DNA of 64,000 nucleotides from Laetmonice hystrix (taxonomy: Eukaryota): positions 32,862,001 through 32,926,000 of the forward strand of contig OZ249440.1 of the NCBI GenBank assembly GCA_965235115.1, read 5' to 3'. Shown here in pieces: positions 39,709-51,374 of the stretch (positions are counted from its first letter, which is position 1; the number at the start of each line of letters is the position of its first letter). Both the position numbers and the translations under genes were made by a program. The notes under the pieces were generated by a model. That model made no database searches. It had not been told where the DNA came from and saw nothing but the letters and a program-made list of their open reading frames with translations.

Positions 39709-41504
39709 TTAATACTGCAGTAAAAACAAGAAAACTGCTCGGCAATCTGAAGGGGGAGCACGTCACTCTGACCTCTGAATCAAAGAGTGTCTGGCATTTT
39801 TAACAATGGTTAAAGGACCATTTATAAACGGGATGCCAATTAAAAACGTATACCAAGTCGTACACTTTCAACCTCATGTCATAAAATCTTTTAGACAGCT
39901 TTGTATTAAACTTCAATTAGAAGGTTCCATTTTGTAACCCATTAAAAACAACCCCCTGTTTTTTAAAAACAGATTTCTTGTTTATGCCTGTGTCCCAGTG
40001 TCACACGATAAGAAATTTGTTCATGTCCCATGTCACTCTTTAAAATGATTCAATCATGTCTTGTGTCACTTTTTAAGCTCCAGTCTAAGACTAAGAGTTA
40101 GTAAGACTGAGACTGGCTCCAGTAGACTAAGACTGTAACAGTGTAAGAGATTTAGGCTTAGATGGATATGGCAGATCTATGTCGCTTCTACTGTAGCGGC
40201 CTATGTCGCAGATTGCTATTTAATAATGGTCCACGTCGTGGTCACCTGTTAAGTAAATCAATGTGTCTCATGTCTATTTTTTATTGCAATCGGGAGCTGT
40301 GTCCGTCGCACGTTAACCGTATGCCGGCGACGTTTGTTACGTCAGAGTCGTCACAGAGGCTGACCCAGTTTTGCGCACCCACGTGGGCGAGCCATTTTAG
40401 ATTTTCGTCTCGAAAAATGTGATTTTGGGACACATAAATGTCTAAAAGACAATAGCAATCAACGTAATATGTAAGGGGGAGGAGTTAGTACAGATACTCG
40501 ACAATTGTAGTTGGGTGATTGACAGTCTTTATTATCAATGGGCCGGATTTACGTGGAGTGGTCGGAGTAGACAAAAAAGTGCCTCAAGGCATCGTCCGCC
40601 CTGGCATGGTAATGCCTCCAGGCATCGTTCGCCCTGAAAGGGTTAAGAAGATGATGTCACAATGTCGCCCTTTATTTTACGGCCGTGTCGGCATGTCGAT
40701 CGTGTCCAATTTTACCATACCCCTTATAGTGGGGGCAGCTTCCCCCTCGTGAAGCCCCAGAAAATTGTATTATGGGCCCACTAATAGCACTATATCATAG
40801 GGCTAAAGACTGGTACAAAACCTTGGATTTTGTTTCCCGATGCCACAAAAACGCGCAGGGCCTATTTGGCACTGAAATTTCAAAAAAAAAAAATTCTGGG
40901 GGAGGGCTCGGACCCCTGCTCAAGTCTTCCCCTTTCCAAAATTTCTGGATCTACCTCAGACTGTCCTTCCACTAAGAAATGTCTAGCTACAGCCCTGGAA
41001 CACACTTGAAATTTACGACTCCAAGTTTATTTAGTCTTGCACCCCCCCCCCCCCCCCCCCCCGTCCCCCAGGTTAGTCCAAGAGACCCTGACTCTTCGTT
41101 CCACTTAGAGGGCACCGGAGTGGGATAGATCAGCCTCTCGATCTACCCAGGTCTGTGAATATCTTCTGGCGCCTAGCTATGCCTATGATATTAAATCGTG
41201 ATTGCCGAGGTCACTTCTGACACTTGACAGGCCAGCCAACCAGCCACTTGACGGTGACCAACCCCACCAGACGCTGTGACCAACGGCCCGTGACTAACCC
41301 CCGCCTCCCCCCGGACGCTATGACCAACCTTACCGGACGGCGGACGCTGTGACCAACCCCACCGCACGCTGTGTCCGACCGGCGGACGTGTTGACGGGGG
41401 ACGCTCTGACTACACAGCTACTACACAGATCTTCGTGTACTAGATCTAGTACAACAACAGTCAACACAAGTACTACAACAAGCGCCGACTGATCACTTAC
41501 TTAC

Positions 41505-41567
41505 CTGACATAACTTGGCCCGCTGCTGGATCGTTAAATCCAGGCCGTCGTCCGTGTTCGTAGCCAT
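41505..41567 (-). CDS. SEC14L2: SEC14-like (CRAL-TRIO) protein, first coding exon (MATNTDDGLDLTIQQRAKLCQ)
   Basis: ATG at 41567 and GTAAGT donor after 41505, phase 0. The peptide resembles the SEC14L2 N-terminus (GDLSPRQKEALAK) and joins the next exon in frame. Confidence 0.75.
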
Positions 41568-41569
41568 CT

Positions 41570-41850
41570 GAATTATAATAACCAGATTAGTCTGAATAAA
41601 CTCGTCGCTGGAGAACCACCTATATATGTGGGATCCGTCGTTCCTTCCTTGCAAAAATACGCCCCACGTCTGGCAAGGGGAATCCCAGGACTGGTCTTAG
41701 CCGGGTCCCCAGCTCTATATTAACTTCGTATATAGATCAAGCGGATGCGTATGGTAAGGCACCGGGGACCAGGCTACACTCGGCTCACCCACGATTGACT
41801 CCGCCTGCTTCGCCTCCGGATATGACCTAGAAACAGCCAATCAGAAGCAG
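41570..41850 (-). promoter_or_regulatory. Putative promoter / 5' UTR region of the SEC14-like gene
   Basis: CpG-rich stretch directly upstream of the first coding exon, with TATA-like TATATA near 41621 and an AGCCAATCAG (CCAAT) box near 41835. Inference only. Confidence 0.3.
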
Positions 41851-41866
41851 CGTCGGTGTTCCGAGT

Positions 41867-42588
41867 GGGGGCAGACCATTTAATTGCTCAGGGGAGGGTA
41901 TGGTTTTTCTTTCTGACCAAACTTTTTTTTTTACTTCCAACTAAAGACAAACATTTTTTTTCTTCCTGATCAAAAGCAAACAATTTTTTTCCCGAGATGG
42001 CAGAGACAAACTCTTTTTTCCAGGACATAATTCTGCAGCAACCATTATGTTCCCATAAATTCCTGTTCCACAGCCAAAGGCGCCGGAAAATATTCACAGG
42101 TGGGGTGGGGGAGACCAAATCATAGGTCCCAAGTTCCAAATTTTGAAATGCTGGTGATAAGAGCGTCGAAGAAGCAAATCATCGAGCGGGGGGTCTGGGG
42201 GCCCTCCCCCAGAAAAAAAACTGAAAATTAAAGTGCCAAATAGCCCTACACGTTTTTCCTGCCACCTTGGAGCTGGGGGACGGGCACTAAACTATATATG
42301 CTTGCCACCCCAGCTTTTGAACTGGGGGGAGCAACAGGGGCCCCCTGCCCCCCCCCCCGTTTCGGCGCCTATGACAGAGCTTGAAGAAAATCTCCGGTTC
42401 CTAGATAGGCCTATAATGTCTCTAACACAGTCTTAGGAATACTGTACTCCGTTTTGAACCACGCACTACTTTTATATTAGACTATGAAACAAATTGGAAG
42501 TTCTAATTGTCTTTACAGATTTGTGGGCTTTCAAATGTCTTGTAGTGCAGGCGAATGTCTACATAAAACAATTGATCAAGTTATACAT
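41867..42588 (+). mobile_element. Second, 3'-truncated copy of the 36972-38213 Harbinger MITE
   Basis: Starts GGGGCAGACCATTTAAT and follows the first copy through AAAACAATTGATCAAGTTATACATA. Confidence 0.8.
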
Positions 42589-44689
42589 ACGAGCCGAAGT
42601 CAAAATTTACGCCCAATTATGGAGATTTCCCGTCACACAGCTCTAGCTTTCATGAAAATTATAGTAGACCCGTCATTTTGTTTGCAAACGATAGAGAACG
42701 GCAAAATCTTGTTGGGGTGTCTTCATTTATTTTAGTTATTCATTATTTTTTTAAGCATAGGAACCCTAAAAGGGCCAAAAATACATGTAGCTGTTTTTGC
42801 CTGTCACACACCTACTTTTTTATAATACAACCCATTTTTTAAAGGGATTTATTTCAATGTGGCTTATTATTGCATATATTCATAAAGCTGTTGACTTGGG
42901 GGTGTCAGAGGGCCACTTTGCATGGTGCTTTATTCACTGGTATTTTTTGTGTGGCTTGTTCACTTTTATTAAATTTTAACATGATTTTTAATTCATTAGG
43001 TCTCCTCATTTAAAAAATGCCGTGAAGCCATCTAAATGTATGTTTTAAAACCAGTTTAATAGTCCTGTTTAAAAGCTTAAACCCTTCTGTATAAGTGTTA
43101 GGGAAAGTTTTTTCCTGAACACAATAATATTTTTGTTGTGGGAAATTAAAATCATATAAATTAATCAGTAAAGCCAAAAATTTACGAACGTTATGTTTGG
43201 CATTCCTTGTGCTCCCATACAACCTGTTTCCAAAATGGACAAATGCAAGAAGATGCCATGTAATTTCACCTTTCAGCTAAAGGAATGTGCTGCTATGTTC
43301 ATCATAATTATGATAAAATAAAATAGCGTCAGGACTCTGTGACATGCCGTTCGATCATGCCTGTAACGTTCATAAAGTTGCCTGCTTTGAAAGACATTTG
43401 GAAAAGGATAGTTTTTGCCACATCCACTGGGTGTCAGCACTGAGGCATGACCTCCACCGGGTAAGTACGTCATCTGCATTCTATCTGCTGTAATTTTTTA
43501 TGACAAAATTGAATGTTATCAATGCTAACATGCATCTTTTTGCGTCGAAAGTGAGAAAGACTGGTTAGAGACCAACTTGGCTGTGTTCTAGAACAAACTA
43601 ACGTCATTGTCGTACTTAAATTTATTTGAAACAAAGCTGGATGACCGATAATTGAGGCTCCTGGCCATGTAGGCTGGATGACATTGAAATTTCATGGGTC
43701 AATCTGAATTAGTATGAGGTTTACGAACGTTGCCTAGACTTTACGGACGTTACTCAAATTCGTCATAAGTTTGTCTGTGTATATAACAAATCCGAGCTAT
43801 TACTCTCATAGATAAGTCTCTAGAGAAGTTTTTAGATGATACATGCTGTTGCCGTATTCAATTAGTACAATGGCGGCAGTGTGTTGATGCAATTTTTTTT
43901 ACGAACGTTACCCAATTACATTTGGCTGTTCTTGTGTACGATCTTTATCTTCATCATAAGGTTATGCAATATTTTCATGTAGTTTGGTCAGTGCCCTTAC
44001 TCACTTAGTCCGGCAGAATTTTCGAAAACCCCTTGATGTTTGTTAAAGTTTTTTCTCACTTGATTCTGGTCCCTTGGGGTACCCAAAATAATTTTTTGCC
44101 GAATGTGTTGTTCCCACCCTTGAGCGTTCCGAGAAATCCAAGATGGCCACCACATGGGGCTCGAGAGAGAAAAAGTCCAATAACTTCTTAGCCAAATCAC
44201 GTAGGAAGCTGAATTTGGTGTCTAAGTATAGGTTTTTGGGGGCAGGGAATCCAATGGAAAAAGAAAATTTCACATCGGAGTACTCCTTTAAGACATAAAT
44301 CCAAGATGGCTACCACAATGAGCGCCGGAAGTAAAAAAATCCTATAATTTCTCCGTCAAATCACGTTGGAAGCTGAATTTGGTGTCTAAGTATAGGTTTT
44401 TTTGGGGCAGGGAATCCAATGGAAAAAGAAAATTTCACATCGGAGTACTCCTTTAAGACATAAATCCAAGATGGCCGCCACAATGGTTGCACTAGTGCAG
44501 GCGCACTTAAAGGGAGTCGTAAAATTCATTTTTTTCGATTTATGGCAGTCTTAGAAACATATGATTCGCATACCTTGGACTCCCAGTAACATCATGTGAG
44601 ACTGTTATGGCCCAGCGACCAGTATTTAGTAAGGAAAATATGCCAAATCTCTCGCAAATACGTAGCTCAGAATTAGCGAGTGGCCCACA

Positions 44690-44858
44690 GGATATTTGAG
44701 TTGGCCGCGGTCGGGCGATGATGACGCGTGATCACGTTACTTCCGGGTGTGGAAGGGAATCTCCCTCTAGTCTAATGTTGACCTAAATACCGCATGTACA
44801 CCCGGAAGTCACGTGATCACGCGTCATCATCGCCCGACCGCGGCCAACTCAAATATCC
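44690..44858. mobile_element. Short hairpin MITE with inverted arms of about 62 bp
   Basis: GGATATTTGAGTTGGCCGCGGTCGGGCGATGATGACGCGTGATCACG...CGTGATCACGCGTCATCATCGCCCGACCGCGGCCAACTCAAATATCC; abuts the truncated transposase 3' end. Confidence 0.8.
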
Positions 44859-44860
44859 AT

Positions 44861-46456
44861 TTAGGTGGTTTCAATTGCCATATCTGACCAGATTCCATTC
44901 CAGATGCCGGGGTTGTGGTGGATGGCATGCTCTCCTTTTTCAAAGTGGCTCCGGACCTCATCAGGTAGGACAAGTGCTGAGCGGAGATAGTACAATGCAT
45001 AGCGAGCGTAATGCACGTGACCAGCAGCAAAAAAATAGGGCATCATCTTTGCAACACATAGCAGGTGAAGGTGCCAGTCTCCCTCACGCTCTGCTCGAAT
45101 GTACTTTAGAATGATGAAGACTGGTTGGATGAGACAGTCAATCCACAGCTTGCTGGTTCGGCTACACTGGCTCAGCTGTTCCAGAACTACTTGAAGATCA
45201 GCCATGCAGGTGATATTGTGCTTTTCAGAAGTCAGAATTGGACGCAGAAGCTCTTCTACAAGCATCCGAAGTGCTTGCACATTGTGAGGAAACTTCTTAC
45301 CAGCGAGCATCTTCACAACACCAGCAAACACAGCACTCAGGATGTCATCCTCACCACTCCCCTTTAACAGAGAAGAAGAAGCGGAAACAAAACTCATGAG
45401 TAGATGCATACCACCAAGTCGCAGATAGAAGTTTGGGAACCGGCTCGGATCATCCCACAGGATGTGTAAAGACACACGATATAGTTGCTGGTCAAGTGTG
45501 AAGACTACATATTCCTGGCCTGCTGCTGTGCTTAACTCTACTGCCTTCAGCATAGCGGTGAGCATAGTGGACTGGTCAGAAGGCTTCAGGTTTAGGAGAG
45601 GCAGGTAAAGCACCTTAGTCTTTGGCTGTAAGGCATGGCCTTGTTTTCTGACAGATTGAGTCATATAGCCATTGTATTCTGGACACTCCTTGACAGAAAC
45701 TACATCCTGCAGAAATCTAAGATCAGCTTCATCTGCTCGACTCCATGAGGCCTTTTGCTTGTCGATGAACTCCTGGGGAAGTTCAACTGATGCTACCTGC
45801 ACAAGAGCCGGCTCTTGTGCACCTTTGTACTGGGTGATGGGATACTCATCATCTGGAATGGGGTCCGGCATTTGTTGCCACTTGATCCTCTGAAACTCGT
45901 CACTCTCTTGAGAATCACTATTAGGGATGAACCTGGGATACGTTTGTATCATTGCCAATGAATGGACAGATGCCTTCCCATTTGGTGTGTGTAGGTCCAG
46001 ATCGAAATTATCAGCTATCACTTGGAGAAGGCCAGGAACATTTGGACAAGAGTTGCGTGCATCAATGACAGCTGCAATCGCAGCTGACTTCCGAAAGCGT
46101 CGGACTTCATCATAGGAGCATGTGACAGAATAGTCAAACAAGTGGTTTAATAGTGTCTTCTCATTCTTGAAAAGTACTCCTAGTGAGATTTGCAGAGGGG
46201 TTGAATGCCTCTTTACGTTAGACGTAATCATATTTCCAATGAGAATAGATGCCAGAGAATCGTCATTTAGCTTTGGTGAAATTTTTTGGAGCAGTTTCAG
46301 CAGGGTCTGAGAGACAGCTTCTCTTGCGATTGTTTTTGACATCCTTCTTTTGTAGACACTGCTGTTGTACTGAATTTCGGATGATTCCTTGCTTATGGCT
46401 TTTGCGACTGTCCGAAGAGCCATTTCCAAATCATCATCATCTTCATCTTTTGTCAA
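44861..46456 (-). CDS. Academ-type DDE transposase fragment (531 aa, truncated at both ends)
   Basis: Uninterrupted ORF with motifs ADNFD, VFTLDQQLY, LRLGGMH, AEREGDWHLHL, YFFAAGHxHYARY and WSDMAIE, which I recognise as typical of Academ transposases. No true start codon, and the XPG/Cys-rich C-terminus is absent. Confidence 0.75.
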   Translation of the reverse strand: MTKDEDDDDLEMALRTVAKAISKESSEIQYNSSVYKRRMSKTIAREAVSQTLLKLLQKISPKLNDDSLASILIGNMITSNVKRHSTPLQISLGVLFKNEKTLLNHLFDYSVTCSYDEVRRFRKSAAIAAVIDARNSCPNVPGLLQVIADNFDLDLHTPNGKASVHSLAMIQTYPRFIPNSDSQESDEFQRIKWQQMPDPIPDDEYPITQYKGAQEPALVQVASVELPQEFIDKQKASWSRADEADLRFLQDVVSVKECPEYNGYMTQSVRKQGHALQPKTKVLYLPLLNLKPSDQSTMLTAMLKAVELSTAAGQEYVVFTLDQQLYRVSLHILWDDPSRFPNFYLRLGGMHLLMSFVSASSSLLKGSGEDDILSAVFAGVVKMLAGKKFPHNVQALRMLVEELLRPILTSEKHNITCMADLQVVLEQLSQCSRTSKLWIDCLIQPVFIILKYIRAEREGDWHLHLLCVAKMMPYFFAAGHVHYARYALYYLRSALVLPDEVRSHFEKGEHAIHHNPGIWNGIWSDMAIETT

Positions 46457-48114
46457 CTTCAGTGTAGCTGCTGCATTGTTCCGGAAAAGTGGTCCATGGT
46501 TTATTCAAAGGATTTTTCAATGTTTTATTTCAAAGTATTTGTCAATGCTTTATTTCAATGGATTTTTCATGCCTCTAAAAACAACTATTAGACTCAAGCG
46601 TCATCTTTTCATGTCATTAGGTTCTGCAGCTACCAGCTTTGTAACGATGTCCAGTGGTGTTGGCGGCCATATTGGAATTATGTCATAAAGGAGTGGTCCA
46701 ATCCTGAATTTTCTTACTCCATTGGATTTCTCATACCGAAAAACCTATACTTATACGCCAAAATCATCTTCCTAAGTGATTTGGTTGAGAAGTTATAGGA
46801 CCTTTTGCCAGCCATTCTGATGGCCATCTTAGATATGTGTTAAAGGAATACTTCTTCTGAAATTTTCTTTGTCCATTGGATTTGTTGCCCCCCCCCCCCC
46901 ACCACCACCACCTTCCTACGTGATTTGACTGAGAGGTTATGGGACTTTTTCACTTTTTGCACTCATTGTGGCGGCCATCTTGGATTTATGTCTTAAAGGA
47001 GTACTCCGATGTGAAATTTTCTTTTTCCATTGGATTCCCTGCCCCCAAAAACCTTTACTTAGACACCAAAATCAGCTTCCTACGTGATTTGATTGAGAAG
47101 TTATAGGATTTTTTTTACTTTCGGCGCTCATTGTGGCTGCCACCTTGGATTTATGTCTTAAAGGAGTACTCCGATGTGAAATTTTCTTTTTCCATTGGAT
47201 TCCCTGCCCCCCAAACCTATACTTAGACACCAAAATTAGCTTCCTAAGTGATTTGTTTGAGAAGTTATAGGATTTTTTTTACTTTCGGCGCTCATTGTGG
47301 CTGCCACCTTGGATTTATGTCTTAAAGAAGTACTCCAATGTGAAATTTTATTTTTCCATTGGATTCCCTGCCCCCCCAAAACCTATACTTAGACACCAAA
47401 ATCGGCTTCCTAAGTGATTTGGCTGAGAAGTTATAGGACTTTTTCACTTTCGGTACCCATTGTGGCGGCCATCTTGGATTTCTCGGAACGCTCAAGGTCG
47501 GGAACAACACATCCGCCAAAAATTGATGTTTTGGGACCCAAGGTACCAGAATCAAGTGAGAAAAAAACTTTAATTAATACTTTCTATTATTTCATATGCT
47601 ATGATGATTTAAGATGAAATTTACGGACGTTACTTTTTTTTAATGAACGTTACTTTGGTGGTGTTTGTTAAAACCTGGTCTCGTTCTTATGATTGTATTA
47701 GGTGTACCTACTATTTTTATTCTCTGACAACTTTTCCTTATTATCCCGTTTCCCGACAGGGAACGGGATCTTGTTGTTGTGGGCGTTCGTCTACGCTATT
47801 CTTCTTTTTTTTCTTTTCGTTGTAGTTAGACAAAGTGAATATCTCTGTCACTATTAGAGATATCTTCGTGAAACTTAGGATATATTTTTTTTTTTTTTTT
47901 TAATTTTCAATTACCACTTTCAGGGATACAACCTGATCTTCCAAGTAGGTATACATACAGTTGCAAATATATACACATACAGGCAGATGTGCAAGTCAAC
48001 AAAAAGTATCGGTGCAGCGAGTGCGGGGCAAATGACAATATTATACATAATGGCGATGAACATAATTTAGTATACATTTAGGTTATAACAGGCTATCGAA
48101 ACGGAACAGAACAT

Positions 48115-50964
48115 TCATTTGCGCAAAGCAAGTTTGAAAGAACGCTTGTCGGGTGAATGCTGAACAGAAGAGTCAAGAGCGCTCCATAGATGACATCCTC
48201 TGTAAAGAGGGCTACGCTTAAAAGCTTCACATCTGGGACGGTCAATTTTGAAAACGATTTTATTACTCCGAGATGGTCGTTCCCGTGAAAGTATATGTGA
48301 CGGAATCAGGGAACGTTTATACATAAGTGTGAGTAACTGGCGTTCGCGTCTTGACTCTAACGGTTCAACATTGGCATTCGTATGCAAGTCATAGACAGAC
48401 ATGTCACGCTGATTATATACAGATAAACAGATACGTAGTGCCTGGTTTTGTAGACGCTGTAACTTGCGCCGATCATCCAGGCTTGCAGAGTCAAGTAAGA
48501 AACCAGCGTATTCGACACATGGGCGGATCATATGAATATACACTTTTAGAGCAGATTTAGTATTTAGAAACTTGCGAAGCTTGGTAAGCTTGAATAGCTT
48601 TTGAAACATTGACCTATGTAAGCTGGACATATGCGTTTTGAAATTTAGGTGAGCATCCAACTGAACACCCAAATAGTTATACGAATGGACTGTACCCAGA
48701 ACCTGATTATCCAGTGTAATGTTCAGTGGGCGACTTGACTTCAACATATGCTTAGTACCAAAAACCATAACTTTAGTTTTGTCTTTGTTTATCGTTAAGT
48801 AGTTGCGATTACACCATTCAAACAGCTTGTCTACATCGTGTTGAAGGCTGCTTTCAAGAGAAGTTAGGTCATCATCAGTACGGTGCACCGCCGTGTCATC
48901 AGCATATAGCTGCATGGCAGATGCTGTCATTTGGGGCAGGTCATTAACATACAGGATAAATAACAAGGGGCCTAATATTGATCCTTGGGGGACACCATAC
49001 CTCACACGAACCAGTTCTGAAGTTTGGTTATTTATTACCAGTCTCTGAGACCGGTTAGCTAGGTAGCTATGTAGCCACGCAACAGCATTTGCACTGAGGC
49101 CAGTTGCCTTAACTTTACGTAGGAGCCTGCCATGATGTACCGTGTCAAAGGCCTTCCTAAAGTCAACAAAAACAGTTCCAGTAAATTTTCGATTGTTTAG
49201 GTTGTCATACAGTATTTTAGTAAAGTCAAACAAAGCCTGACCAGTGGAACAACCTTCTCTGAAACCATACTGCGAGGGAGTAAGCAATCCTGTATCCGCA
49301 AAAAATGAGGTTAACCTAGCATGAATGACCTTTTCCAAGAGTTTTCCAGGCAGAGGTAGTAAGGAAATTGGGCGCCAGTTATTCACGTTAGTCAGATTAC
49401 CACCTTTAGGGATCGGCACTACAGTGCCCATAGCCCATGCACTTGGGAAAGTTCCGGACATGATAGAACAGTTATATAAGTAACAAAGCTGAGGGCATAA
49501 CACAGTGAAGGCGTCTTTTAAAATCCGAGACGACAGCCCTTCAATGGCGGAAGATTTGTTAATGTTAATATTCTTCACTAATGACGTAACCTCAGCATCA
49601 GTTACAGGAGGGAATTCATAACCATCAGGCGAAGAAACATCCGGAAATGAGCCATCATCTGGTACATATCTGATGTTAGAGGCAAGCACTTGGCCGATAC
49701 TGCCAAAAAAGGAATTGAGATAGTCAGGAGTATCCTCTGGAGGAACCCTCTCTCCCGTCACATGATGATTAAAAACAATATTGTTACCCACTTTAGAGTC
49801 ACCCTTAATTAGGCGATTGAGGTGTCTCCAGAAAATCTTGGGGTTGTTTTGATTTGCCTCCAGGTTGGAGGTGATCAAGTTACCTTTCGCATTATTAACT
49901 AGGGAGTTAACCATATTACGAGATCGGCGTGCATTAGTAATATTAGTTTCGTTTCGATCCCTACTAGCTATCTTGTAGTAGTGGTGACGGTCATTGATGG
50001 CCTCGATGACCTCTTGGGTCATCCAAGGAGGCCTATCTTCTCTGATGCGTATGTCTCTATATGGACAAAGTTCGTCTACAATATCAAGAATACTTTTTTC
50101 TAGGATGTGCCAGAGGGCCGATGGTTCAGTTATCGTGAAGTAGTAATCCCAGGATAATGCACTAAGTTGTGTATGCAGAGACTCTTTAGTATAATCCCTA
50201 TAAGTTCGACCGCGGATTTTGCAAAACTTCTTAACTTCTTTAGGTTTCTTCCTTAGGGCATAAACAGGAATATGATCACTTATATATTCATTCAGGGTAC
50301 CAGATTCAGATAAGTAGTCAGTGTTCGTGAATATCAGGTCAAGGCAACTACCGCCGGTTGGGCTTAATCTAGTAATATCACATATAAGCTGTTTTAAACA
50401 GTGTTGTCTGGCGAAATCCATCGCATGTCTGGTGTTAACAGCATTACGTAAGCGGAAGTCAATATTAAAATCACCCATAATCCAAACCTCGCGGTTTCCC
50501 ACGTTAGTCAATATGTCAGTTAGATCAGATAAGCAGCTGGGTACATCACCGTAAGGAGGGCGGTATACAGTCAAAACTGCCATCCGCTTACGATTAGGAG
50601 CATCTACCAAAACGGTAAGGCATTCTATGTTACGGTTAACAAAGGACGCATTTTCACACTTCGTAACATATGAAGCAAAGTCATTATTTACATATACAGC
50701 AACTCCGCCACCCCGGTGTTTCACTCCCGTGGTGGCACAATCTAATCCCGAATGCCTATCAAGTCTAAATATAGACTTCTTGACCATTCGGACCATGTCG
50801 TTTGTATACCGCGAGTTCAACCAAGTTTCAGTACAGGCTAAAAAATCGAATTGCTCAAACAATAGTTCCAGTTGGCTGCATTTCGGGAATAAGCTCCGAC
50901 AGTTAATATGAGCAAGTTTGAGGCCTTTAAGGCTCCCAACATTAGCCGCGGTATTCGTGACCAT
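48115..50964 (-). CDS. LINE ORF2: APE endonuclease + reverse transcriptase (949 aa from MVTNT)
   Basis: APE motifs HINCRSL, TETWL, GGGVAVYV, VYRPP, GDFN, LDLIFT, SDH. RT motifs WRPISLL, QYGFR, DFRKAFDTV, GVPQGSILGPLLF, YADD, YLGV. No stops or frameshifts. Confidence 0.97.
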   Translation of the reverse strand: MVTNTAANVGSLKGLKLAHINCRSLFPKCSQLELLFEQFDFLACTETWLNSRYTNDMVRMVKKSIFRLDRHSGLDCATTGVKHRGGGVAVYVNNDFASYVTKCENASFVNRNIECLTVLVDAPNRKRMAVLTVYRPPYGDVPSCLSDLTDILTNVGNREVWIMGDFNIDFRLRNAVNTRHAMDFARQHCLKQLICDITRLSPTGGSCLDLIFTNTDYLSESGTLNEYISDHIPVYALRKKPKEVKKFCKIRGRTYRDYTKESLHTQLSALSWDYYFTITEPSALWHILEKSILDIVDELCPYRDIRIREDRPPWMTQEVIEAINDRHHYYKIASRDRNETNITNARRSRNMVNSLVNNAKGNLITSNLEANQNNPKIFWRHLNRLIKGDSKVGNNIVFNHHVTGERVPPEDTPDYLNSFFGSIGQVLASNIRYVPDDGSFPDVSSPDGYEFPPVTDAEVTSLVKNININKSSAIEGLSSRILKDAFTVLCPQLCYLYNCSIMSGTFPSAWAMGTVVPIPKGGNLTNVNNWRPISLLPLPGKLLEKVIHARLTSFFADTGLLTPSQYGFREGCSTGQALFDFTKILYDNLNNRKFTGTVFVDFRKAFDTVHHGRLLRKVKATGLSANAVAWLHSYLANRSQRLVINNQTSELVRVRYGVPQGSILGPLLFILYVNDLPQMTASAMQLYADDTAVHRTDDDLTSLESSLQHDVDKLFEWCNRNYLTINKDKTKVMVFGTKHMLKSSRPLNITLDNQVLGTVHSYNYLGVQLDAHLNFKTHMSSLHRSMFQKLFKLTKLRKFLNTKSALKVYIHMIRPCVEYAGFLLDSASLDDRRKLQRLQNQALRICLSVYNQRDMSVYDLHTNANVEPLESRRERQLLTLMYKRSLIPSHILSRERPSRSNKIVFKIDRPRCEAFKRSPLYRGCHLWSALDSSVQHSPDKRSFKLALRK

Positions 50965-51374
50965 AAGTAACTCTGAGAATAAGGTAAATAATGAACAGGA
51001 GCAAAAAAGCAAACAATGAAATAACAATAAAGAATCAGGTAAACAAGCAAACAAACCAAACAAGCAAAGCAAAGAACGAAAAATCATACAGATAACACCA
51101 CAGCGCAATATTAATCTGGGCTGTGGCCGATACAGGTGACGTCAACTATACACAAGGTCACATGTATGTGCCAAAGGCAAGGGAGGGTAGTGACAGAAAA
51201 AAAAACAAATAGGTGATTTCCACCCGGAATATATAAATAGACCTTCAGGTAAGACCTGAGGGGCTGTAACAGTTTTCAGTATAAGTGTCTCAGGCAATAT
51301 AGCCCCATGAGTAAGGCTAGAGATCCATATACATTGTATTATGTCCAAATACATTCACAAGCACCCAGGCATAA

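Larger units (their letters stand above)
44006..47574 (-). mobile_element. Academ-type DNA transposon (deletion derivative)
   Basis: Left end 5'-TAGTCCGGCAG. Long inverted terminal regions are built of modules of about 158 bp (AATCCAAGATGGC..., TATAGGTTT...). The right TIR lacks its outer ~37 bp. Encloses a transposase ORF. Confidence 0.7.

Noticed and set aside
40520..40646. piggyBac-like right end (...CCCTGAAAGGG TTAA)
   Set aside because: No matching left end was found in the window.
50965..51108. Hydrophobic signal-peptide-like N-terminus of ORF2
   Set aside because: It begins at a TTG and is explained by U-rich low-complexity sequence. It is kept only as an alternative in the splice-acceptor finding.
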